64,000 nt of DNA from a virus (lineage: Duplodnaviria; Caudoviricetes), in the IMG/VR virus record IMGVR_UViG_3300021426_000068, positions 1 through 64,000 of that record; one strand, 5' to 3'. Shown piece after piece: positions 9,557 through 16,980 of this stretch. How positions within the stretch are numbered: the stretch's first letter is position 1; each line of letters starts with the position of its first letter. The notes below the pieces were generated by a model. That model worked only from the letters and a program-made list of their open reading frames with translations. It had not been told where the DNA came from and made no database searches. A program made the position numbers and the translations under genes.

Positions 9557-9683
9557 ATAGAACCGATATACCTCAGCCTCGGTAAACAACTCTGACACTA
9601 AACGATTCAGATGGTGGGACAAAGCCACGCATGAGTTTCGATTCTTAGATAAACTAGTATTTCTAAGACTGTACTAAAACAAA

Positions 9684-9950
9684 AAAGATATTAGAGGAAC
9701 TTTATCAGGAATCTTGCTAACATATACCGAACTTATAAGAAACTTACGCACTTGTTTCTTAACAACTTGTCACGTCCATATACTGCTTCACACACCATTA
9801 GAGAGACGATAAATATAAAACCCAACAATATTTATTTTCCTTAGTGTGTACCTTTCCGTACTGTTTAACCTGTTCAGCGTTAAAACTCACTGTCAATTCA
9901 GTTAACTGCTCTCCCAGCCTGTTCCAATCAACGTCTTTACTAATATCTTT
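9684..9950 (-). ncRNA. candidate structured ncRNA (~267 nt)
   Basis: 11-bp terminal inverted repeat AAAGATATTAG, no ORF. Confidence 0.45.
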
Positions 9951-9957
9951 AAATTAA

Positions 9958-10326
9958 TTATTCTATATTTGTTATATAAATATCTTTTGGATGTTCGCCA
10001 AATACATCATGTGTTACATTACATATCCATATTTCATGGTCAATTATACCAAGTTCATTTGTTAAAATTTCAGCAAATTCATTGTATAAAATTCCAGAAA
10101 TTCCATAATATGCACCTTCACTATCATGTTTTTTAAGATTAAAATGTAATAATGTATTATTAGAATACTCATCAGATATTTCCAATACTATTTCTTTTTT
10201 ACCTTTTGACAACAAATCTAATGCTATGTCAGAACCCATTACCATTTCATTTTCTTCTAACGTATGATTTGGAATATCTGCATACCATTTATTGTCTTGT
10301 TTAAAACATTTAATCTTTTTTTTCAT
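9958..10326 (-). CDS. conserved hypothetical protein
   Basis: WYADIP...EMVMGSD...IWICNVT..VFG.HP..IY. Confidence 0.75.
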   Translation of the reverse strand: MKKKIKCFKQDNKWYADIPNHTLEENEMVMGSDIALDLLSKGKKEIVLEISDEYSNNTLLHFNLKKHDSEGAYYGISGILYNEFAEILTNELGIIDHEIWICNVTHDVFGEHPKDIYITNIE

Positions 10327-10341
10327 ATTTCTAATTTTTTG

Positions 10342-10414
10342 TGGGCACAGGTAGAATCGAACTACCGCTGTAATCTTGTAAGGGTTACCGTCTAAACCAC
10401 TAGCTTATGCACCC
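10342..10414 (-). tRNA. tRNA-Val(TAC)
   Basis: TAACC-CT TAC AA-GATTA (one mismatch), A73. Confidence 0.8.
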
Positions 10415-10636
10415 AAAATTGCCCATCCATCTTTCATGATGTCTCAGTGAACACGCAAGGTCTTTTGCGTATGCTAAACCAATGTATCCTCTTTGTGCTA
10501 CTTCTTCGTCTATATTCAGAGTTAATACGATTACCTACACATACTCAATACAAATTTTAACTATACACCAGCCATTACCTTCCCTCTGATTCGGTAACTT
10601 CTTCTCATATAGTTGATAAGATGGCCCAACAAGACG

Positions 10637-10707
10637 TTGGGATATCATGATTCGAACATGAACTGAGAGAGCCAAAATCTCTAGTGCTACCATTACACCA
10701 TATCCCA
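10637..10707 (-). tRNA. tRNA-Gln(TTG)
   Basis: U1:A72, AGAGA-TT TTG GC-TCTCT. Confidence 0.92.
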
Positions 10708-10875
10708 ATAAAGGTAGCCACAGTCTTATTACTACCATTGAGTACTACGTTCTGTGCAACGTCTTTAAGTACATCTCACACCTTAAAGAATCCTAGTAAT
10801 ATTGATTAGACATTTATCTAATAAGATTTAGGAAAAGTTATTACAAATATACAATTTTATTTTTAGAAAAGCAAT

Positions 10876-11009
10876 CAGAAAACGTGTTTATTCTGTTTTA
10901 TCCGCTAAACTAATACTTATTGCATACATAATAAGTATGGTGGATTCGAACCAACCGACTTTTTCATTACAGGAAATAATATAACATAAAAAATTGCTGT
11001 TTATTTTCT
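10876..11009 (-). ncRNA. ACAGCAA module enclosing a complete circularly permuted tRNA (GTA loop) (copy 6)
   Basis: AGAAAAT-AA-ACAGCAA, TTTC-CT GTA AT-GAAA, AAGTC, T-arm, ATACTTA-linker-TAAGTAT, TA, D arm GTTT-AGCGGATA-AAAC, GTTTTCT-G. Confidence 0.72.
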
Positions 11010-11038
11010 TAAAAATTGCTTTGTTTTTTGTATGCTAG

Positions 11039-11206
11039 CGGGTACGGTAGGATTCGAACCTACGACCTGAGGATTAGGTACACTATTCAGATTTGAACTG
11101 AAATTACCAATGTTTAGGTTTCTTACCATTAGAAGATAATGTACTGGTTTATTACGGTGAACCACACCTTATACAGTCCCCTGCACTACCACTGTGCTAC
11201 ATACCC
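11039..11206 (-). tRNA. tRNA-Asn(GTT) interrupted by a 96-nt insert (11077-11172)
   Basis: GGGGA-CTGT|insert|TAA-TCCTC, G73. Confidence 0.85.
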
Positions 11207-11945
11207 TAATATATTCTATTAAATCTTTTTTCTTATTAGGTAATTTGTTTTTTTTACACCACTTCTTTAATGCATTATCAGAAACATTTAACTGTTTTCC
11301 AACAGATGTAAAACTACCATTTGTTTTAAATAATTCTAAAAAATATTCAATTGAAAGTTTAGAAAGTTTGTTGTTTTGTTTCTGATACTTAATATCATTC
11401 CTTTTCAACAATCTATTTAATGTTGAAATACTTATTAAGTATTTTTTAGAAATTTCTTTTTTTGTTAAATTATTAACAATATCATTTTTAATGCTATTAA
11501 TATCAATGCCATTAACAAATGTTTTGTTTTTTCTTTTTTCTTTATGCAATGAAAAATAATTTATTTCGTTTTCTGTTTCTTTTTTGTTTCGATTTTTAAC
11601 TTCTTCTTTAATTTTACTATGTATTTCTCTATGACAATTAGCACAAACTAAAATACATTTATCTGCTTCTTTTTTTAATGTTTCAAATTTAAGAGTATTA
11701 CCACAAGAAATACCAAATTCTTTTTCTTGTGGGTTTAAATGATGAAATTCGAGAGCATCAATACATTTATCATAACCACATATTTCACATTTACCACCTT
11801 TATATTCAACTAGTTTAATTTTATTTTTTTTTCTAGTATCTATAACTGCTTTTTTTCTACATTCTTTACATTTATAAGCACCATTAGTTAATACGTGTTC
11901 TGTGATACCATGTTTGGGGCATTCTTTAAATATTATATTTTTCAT
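11169..11945 (-). CDS. HNH homing endonuclease with C-terminal HTH
   Basis: KGGKCEICGY..CIDALEFHHLNP...CILVCANCHREIH. Confidence 0.88.
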   Translation of the reverse strand: MKNIIFKECPKHGITEHVLTNGAYKCKECRKKAVIDTRKKNKIKLVEYKGGKCEICGYDKCIDALEFHHLNPQEKEFGISCGNTLKFETLKKEADKCILVCANCHREIHSKIKEEVKNRNKKETENEINYFSLHKEKRKNKTFVNGIDINSIKNDIVNNLTKKEISKKYLISISTLNRLLKRNDIKYQKQNNKLSKLSIEYFLELFKTNGSFTSVGKQLNVSDNALKKWCKKNKLPNKKKDLIEYIRVCSTVVVQGTV

Positions 11946-12017
11946 AATTTACTTTTATAATAAATATAACCAAAAATCAAAAAATTAAACATTTTAGTTA
12001 ATTTTTATAAAAGTTAG

Positions 12018-12088
12018 TACACCCATAGTGATTCGAACACTAATAATCACTTTAGAAGAGTGATGTCCTTCCATTGAACGATGGGTGC
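12018..12088 (-). tRNA. tRNA-Arg(TCT)
   Basis: TCACT-CT TCT AA-AGTGA. Confidence 0.92.
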
Positions 12089-12148
12089 ATATGCCGTTCC
12101 TACGTCTTCTTTTTGTTTAAATAATTTAAAACAATTTCATCAAATTTG

Positions 12149-12466
12149 TGACCCCTGTGGGACTCGAACCCACGACCCCGACATTAACTTTACCACTATA
12201 ACTTTCATTATCCAACTCAATGAGTTGTTGTGGTCTGGACTATTTCATAACCATGCATTTCTGTTTAGGTTTCTCCTATATAGTCTCTACGCCATTTATG
12301 AACAATGTTCAATTTAGTAAGCCATCACCACATAATATGTCACCATATTACAGGCTTCTGTTTGTTAGGGAGATTCTACTTTAACAATTTCTTGTTAAGC
12401 ACTCTTTTTTTGTAATTTTATTACAAATTTTAAGTGTCGTGCTCTAGCCAACTGAGCTAAGAGGTC
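12149..12466 (-). tRNA. tRNA-Lys(TTT) with group I intron
   Basis: CGACA-CTT|intron|TTAA-TGTCG. Confidence 0.87.
12188..12431 (-). mobile_element. group I intron (244 nt, no ORF) in tRNA-Lys anticodon
   Basis: 5' exon ends in U, intron ends in G, P7 pair GACTA (GTAGAGACTATA) / TAGTC (GAAATAGTCCAG). Confidence 0.85.
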
Positions 12467-12574
12467 AATCCAATCTAATAATATATACATGGGGTATCTT
12501 ATTCCTATCCATGTGTTACTTCCTAAATCCCTTAGTACTTTTTAAGTACAATATATTATTAAATCAAAAATTTG

Positions 12575-12649
12575 TGGGGCCGAGTGGAGTTGAACCACTG
12601 CCTATGGATTTTCAGTCCATTGTACAATAACCACCTATACGACAGCCCC
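12575..12649 (-). tRNA. tRNA-Phe(GAA)
   Basis: ATGGA-CT GAA AA-TCCAT. Confidence 0.9.
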
Positions 12650-12844
12650 ATAAATTGTAATACTCAATGCAGTAATACGTACTCCTGCAAATTTTACATC
12701 CAGTGTTTTAACCTCATAAACTACTCACGCATCCGCTACTGAAAGACTTGAACTAACTTCTCTGGGTTGTAGTATTTTTAAAAAAAATTTTTGTAACGTC
12801 AAAAATATCTGAAAAAACGAAAAACACATATGAGTTTTTAAAAG

Positions 12845-12916
12845 TACTCCCAACAGGAATCGAACCTATACTATTAGTTCCGTAGACTAACGTTCTATCC
12901 GTTAAACTATGGGAGC
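12845..12916 (-). tRNA. tRNA-Arg(ACG)
   Basis: TTAGT-CT ACG GA-ACTAA, A20. Confidence 0.9.
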
Positions 12917-12927
12917 ATAATAATTAG

Positions 12928-12999
12928 CAGGAGCACTCTGATTCAAACAGAGGTCAGAACTTTTGGAGAGTCCTATGTTAATCACTACACCATGCTCCT
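12928..12999 (-). tRNA. tRNA-Trp(CCA)
   Basis: GGACT-CT CCA AA-AGTTC, G73; atypical T loop TTTGAAT. Confidence 0.85.
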
Positions 13000-13177
13000 G
13001 TATATATTATTAATAATAAAATTTCCACGAAGGGAGAAGTCTAACTCCCACTTCGTTTAACGACTTTTTACTAACAGAACAACATATCCACGTTTGTCTT
13101 TCCTATTTGTATTTTTGATACATCAAAAGCCTGAGGTCTGTGGACGATAACTCTAAACACAATGTTGTTAAATTATA

Positions 13178-13244
13178 CGGAAAACATTTATTGGCATTAA
13201 AAACCCATTTTTTAATAATTGAAATAAGTTGCTGTACGTTTTCC
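13178..13244 (-). ncRNA. ACAGCAA stem module RNA (copy 7)
   Basis: GGAAAAC-GT-ACAGCAA...GTTTTCC-G. Confidence 0.6.
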
Positions 13245-13249
13245 TTTTG

Positions 13250-13405
13250 TCGGGAAGACAGGACTCGAACCTGCGACCCCTGGTTCGGTCTGTATATAAG
13301 ATTCGAACTTATGATACTTCCGTTATTATACAGACTCACCAATTTTTCAGCTATTGGTTAACTGTAGCCAAAACCAGTGTTCTAAACCAACTGAACTACT
13401 TCCCG
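13250..13405 (-). tRNA. tRNA-Pro(TGG) interrupted by an 81-nt insert (13287-13367)
   Basis: CTGGT-TTTGG|insert|GA-ACCAG, C1:G72, A73. Confidence 0.87.
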
Positions 13406-13651
13406 ATATAATAACCGAGGTTCTTACTGTGCTCGGTCCACAGGATAGAAACTATTAACGTCACCATCATACAACATCGAATTTTATGAATAAGATTGTT
13501 ACCACGATGTATTTTACTTCCCTAATAAGTAAAGTATAACAAAATATGGTTTGCACTGTGTCCACACAGGTAACAAAAACATGTGGAAACCATTAAGTAC
13601 ACTATTTGTTACCTACCATTACTCTGTAATGGATTTAATTTAATATTAAAT

Positions 13652-13826
13652 AAAAAGTTAATAAAAAGGAATTCCGTAGTCACCTTTTTTAAATAAGAAA
13701 CCTCTTGCACTATTTACACAAGCCTAAAGCGTAACTAATCCTTATTTTCCACTGTTTTGATGCCTTGATATTCAGCCATATTTAGAATATTATGTTATAG
13801 CATCCCCAACTTGTAATTAACTTTTT
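13652..13826 (-). ncRNA. candidate structured ncRNA (~175 nt)
   Basis: 11-bp terminal inverted repeat AAAAAGTTAAT directly 3' of tRNA-Met. Confidence 0.3.
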
Positions 13827-13827
13827 G

Positions 13828-13902
13828 TTGCGTAGACTGGGATTGAACCAGTGACCTAGAGGATATGAATCTCACGTTCTAACCAGACTGAACTATTACG
13901 CT
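13828..13902 (-). tRNA. tRNA-Met(CAT), probably initiator
   Basis: TT CAT AT loop, unpaired 1:72; weak anticodon stem. Confidence 0.75.
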
Positions 13903-13909
13903 AAATCAA

Positions 13910-13991
13910 CAGGAAACATAAAATAAAATGTTACAAAACCCAAAAATTTGCTATTTTAATTAATTTATTATAAATTTGCTGTAAGTTTCCT
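13910..13991 (-). ncRNA. ACAGCAA stem module RNA (copy 8)
   Basis: AGGAAAC-TT-ACAGCAA...GTTTCCT-G. Confidence 0.6.
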
Positions 13992-13995
13992 TAAA

Positions 13996-14781
13996 TTAAC
14001 TTTCTTTAATATTTTTAATTATTTTTTCTTTCCAATAGTTTCTTCTTGTACTATTTTTATTTTTTGATTTAAATGTTTCTAATTGAGTATCACAATTTGG
14101 ACATATCATTCTAAGATTATCTCTTCTGTTATTTGCAGCATTTCCATCAATATGGTCAAGTACAAAAACTAGTGGCTTACCATTCCATTCTGGTTTACAT
14201 GTGCAACCTTCAATAGCACATTCATAATTCTGTTCTTTCAAAAAGAAATCTTTGAAACTTTTAGGTGTGTATCCGCCATTACAATATTGTTCATTATTTT
14301 CTAAAAATCTTTCATAAGAAATTTTATGTTTATATTTACTTGAACAACTATTGGAACAGAATTTTGTTTGATTACCATTTAATTCTTTATCACAATTTAA
14401 ACAATATTTTTTTACTTTTATTTTTTCTTGAATAATTCGTTTATTCTTACGTTTTTTTAATTTTGTTTTTATTTTTTCTTTAGTTTCGTCACTATGTTTT
14501 CTTCCTTTATTATTATAGGTTGCAGCACAAGATGAACTACAAAATTTTGTTTGTCCACGTTTTAGTTCTTTACCACAATTTAAACAATATTTCTTTTTTT
14601 TCTTTTTATAAAAAGAGAAGTCAAAACCGATTTTTTCCGCAATATCATTTATATAACTGATTCCAATTTTATTATCTGGAATATTGAAATATGAATGTAT
14701 ATCACCTTTTTTCTCAAAAGATTCAAATATTTCTAATACGTTTTTCTTCTTTTCTTCAGTTGAAATATCAATACTATTCAT
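13996..14781 (-). CDS. HNH homing endonuclease (Zn-finger repeats, NUMOD3-like)
   Basis: CLNC...FCSxSC twice, HSDETKEKI, LDHIDGNAANNRRDNLRMICPNC. Confidence 0.88.
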   Translation of the reverse strand: MNSIDISTEEKKKNVLEIFESFEKKGDIHSYFNIPDNKIGISYINDIAEKIGFDFSFYKKKKKKYCLNCGKELKRGQTKFCSSSCAATYNNKGRKHSDETKEKIKTKLKKRKNKRIIQEKIKVKKYCLNCDKELNGNQTKFCSNSCSSKYKHKISYERFLENNEQYCNGGYTPKSFKDFFLKEQNYECAIEGCTCKPEWNGKPLVFVLDHIDGNAANNRRDNLRMICPNCDTQLETFKSKNKNSTRRNYWKEKIIKNIKES

Positions 14782-14855
14782 AATAAATTTGTTTATATAT
14801 AAATAGTATATATTTCGGAAAAAATCAAGATTGAACATGAAAAAATAAACAATTG

Positions 14856-14945
14856 CGGAGGCAGTAGGATTCGAACCCACGCGGCCCTGTTACAAGCCCT
14901 AGCTGATTTCAAGTCAGCCCCCTTCAACCACTTGGGTATGCCTCC
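14856..14945 (-). tRNA. tRNA-Ser(TGA)
   Basis: GCTGA-CT TGA AA-TCAGC, long variable arm, G73. Confidence 0.94.
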
Positions 14946-15118
14946 ATTGGTGACTGGATAAGTTATCACACTACACCAGTCAGTTATGGTTAAATTATTT
15001 CAATTCACATATCTATAATTAACATTATATAATATTTATCAGACTTGTCAATGAACTTATCAAAGTTTTTACAAATATACTAAGAAGTTTTGATATTTCA
15101 AAATATATTTTTATTTTT

Positions 15119-15153
15119 CTGTTTTTTAATATATCAAATACTGTGCCAAACTT
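15119..15153 (-). promoter_or_regulatory. sigma54-like promoter, copy of a 35-bp direct repeat
   Basis: TTGGCACA-GTAT-TTGA; identical to 15531-15565. Confidence 0.55.
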
Positions 15154-15177
15154 TAAAATTTCACAATATTTTTTATG

Positions 15178-15261
15178 TGGCACAGGTGGGAATCGAACCC
15201 ACACTCTCAAATGAGAACAACATTTTGAGTGTTGCGTGTATACCAATTTCACCACTGTGCC
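15178..15261 (-). tRNA. tRNA-Leu(CAA)
   Basis: CAACA-CT CAA AA-TGTTG, long variable arm. Confidence 0.93.
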
Positions 15262-15267
15262 AAAAAT

Positions 15268-15513
15268 AATCTTGAAAATAAACAGGCTTACCTTAGATTT
15301 ACACCTCTCACGGAAGGTTAAGGAAACACCGTCATGTTTTATGCTCGCTGAAGTTTCGAACCCATCAGTATCTTTAAAGCAACCTTAATTACTTTTGTTC
15401 CGACTATACCATTTCACACTCTGTACACAAGCGGTAATTTTATACTTGGTAGCACTCTTTGTCATTTAATTTTTCGTTAGTGACCAACCCTGGGATGTAA
15501 CGTTTTCAAGATT
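15268..15513 (-). ncRNA. candidate structured ncRNA (~246 nt)
   Basis: 11-bp terminal inverted repeat AATCTTGAAAA, internal GGGTTCGAAAC T-loop-like motif, just downstream of a sigma54-like site. Confidence 0.45.
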
Positions 15514-15530
15514 TTTTATTTTTCAAAGAA

Positions 15531-15565
15531 CTGTTTTTTAATATATCAAATACTGTGCCAAACTT
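15531..15565 (-). promoter_or_regulatory. sigma54-like promoter, copy of a 35-bp direct repeat
   Basis: Identical to 15119-15153. Confidence 0.55.
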
Positions 15566-15577
15566 AAAATATCTCAT

Positions 15578-15611
15578 AAAAAAAACCTCCTAAGATGTAT
15601 ACTTGGAGGTT
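15578..15611 (-). terminator. intrinsic terminator (attenuator)
   Basis: AACCTCCAAG-loop-CTTAGGAGG-T8; the 5' arm can alternatively pair with the end of the leader ORF. Confidence 0.75.
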
Positions 15612-15667
15612 GGGAATATATTGTGGTTAGAAACCTATGTGTGTTTTTGTACCTATTTACTATATCC

Positions 15668-15793
15668 CTACTCCAAGTTTTTTTCTCTAAAGTTTCCTTT
15701 AGATGCTTTTGGGTCTACTGATGGCATACCAAACCAATAACTTGTTTGAACCAAGCCATTGCAAAGATTAATATTTGTATTGATATGTCTCAT
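15668..15793 (-). CDS. putative 41-aa attenuator leader peptide
   Basis: MRHINTNINLCNGLVQTSYWFGMPSVDPKASKGNFREKNLE-TAG; last codons overlap the antiterminator strand. Confidence 0.65.
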   Translation of the reverse strand: MRHINTNINLCNGLVQTSYWFGMPSVDPKASKGNFREKNLE

Positions 15794-15934
15794 ATTAGGA
15801 TATTTTTTCAACTATAAATATTTTATTTTTTACAAAAATACATATTTTTTAATAAAAAAACAATATTTTTTGTGAAATTTTTAAAAAAAGTTAAATTTTC
15901 AGGTAAATTTATTCTTTTTCGAATAAATTCATTG

Positions 15935-16005
15935 TGACACATATAGGATTCGAACCCATCTATTCTGTTTTAGGGACAGCTGACCAACCCCTGGTCCAAT
16001 GTGCC
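15935..16005 (-). tRNA. amber-reading tRNA (anticodon CTA)
   Basis: GGCACAT/ATGTGTC-A, GACC/GGTC D arm, CTGT-CC CTA AA-ACAG, normal T arm; C33 is atypical. Confidence 0.7.
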
Positions 16006-16058
16006 ATATTTGGGGATTGATTAAAGGATAATCCCCATAAATCCTTGACAACAATAAG

Positions 16059-16346
16059 TTATTTAACTGTTTCTAAATTTTTAAAAAGTTCACCTGTATC
16101 ATCTTGTACTGCGATTGCAGTTATAGAATAATTTAAATCAGGTTCACGAAATGCAGAGAAACGAATTCCCATTCTTTGAAGTTTGTTAAACCACTTATCA
16201 GTATCAGCATATAAATATATTAAATAGTCATTGTTCCAATCTTGATTTGGATTATTTATCATCCATTGTGCAACTGCATGTCCACCTTGCACACATCCGT
16301 ATACGGGTCTAAGTTTTTTATTCACTAATACGTATAATCTTTTCAT
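16059..16346 (-). CDS. peptidyl-tRNA hydrolase II (Pth2)-like protein
   Basis: LYVLV...VQGGHAVAQW...FREPDL..SITAIA. Confidence 0.7.
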   Translation of the reverse strand: MKRLYVLVNKKLRPVYGCVQGGHAVAQWMINNPNQDWNNDYLIYLYADTDKWFNKLQRMGIRFSAFREPDLNYSITAIAVQDDTGELFKNLETVK

Positions 16347-16827
16347 AGTTGTCAATGTCATAATCTAATGTTTTATACTTTTCACCGTTCCATCTTTTAT
16401 ACTCAATTTCAACTCTTGGAAGACGATATCCATAATTTTCAAGATAATAATTAATAGCAATTAAGTACATTGTTAAAGGGTGTTTACCTTCAAACTTTTC
16501 ATATTTATAATTAATATAATTAATAGGATTTAAGGATATTGTTGAAGGGTGTTTAAGAAATATGCCAAACAATTCATAATAATCCTTAAGTTTAATTGGT
16601 TTGGCATTTTTTTCTGTGATATAAAAATTCTTACCTCTTAAAAGATTGTATGCAGCATACATTGCTCTTAATAATTCCTTATTATGTTTTGCTGTTACCC
16701 AAGCATCATAAGGTGTTAATGTTCTTTCACCTTTAAAGTGAACGGTTTTTCTTTGTGGTTTAATTGTTTTTTGTTCTTTTTCTAATTTAGCAATTTGTTC
16801 TCTGAATTCTTTAATAATTGTTTCCAT
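16318..16827 (-). CDS. hypothetical protein
   Basis: ORF track; overlaps the Pth2 start. Confidence 0.75.
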   Translation of the reverse strand: METIIKEFREQIAKLEKEQKTIKPQRKTVHFKGERTLTPYDAWVTAKHNKELLRAMYAAYNLLRGKNFYITEKNAKPIKLKDYYELFGIFLKHPSTISLNPINYINYKYEKFEGKHPLTMYLIAINYYLENYGYRLPRVEIEYKRWNGEKYKTLDYDIDNYEKIIRISE

Positions 16828-16901
16828 AACATTTTTTCAATTTTAATTAATTATTCTTTTATTTTTTACATAATTTCCTAACCAATCCCAAATTGAAAAT
16901 C

Positions 16902-16931
16902 TTATGGAGGATTTAAAACCTAGTGTGTCAT
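16902..16931 (-). promoter_or_regulatory. amber-interrupted minigene MTH*VLNPP* (putative regulatory uORF)
   Basis: AAAAAATT-ATG ACA CAC TAG GTT TTA AAT CCT CCA TAA. Confidence 0.5.
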
Positions 16932-16980
16932 AATTTTTTAAATTTTTATTATTATTATTTTAACCGTGTGGTTTATGTCA

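Noticed and set aside
9560-9675. Pistol or hammerhead ribozyme next to tRNA-Tyr
   Set aside because: Only partial resemblance (CGTGG..CCAC, GAAAC); the required core motifs and pseudoknot could not be completed
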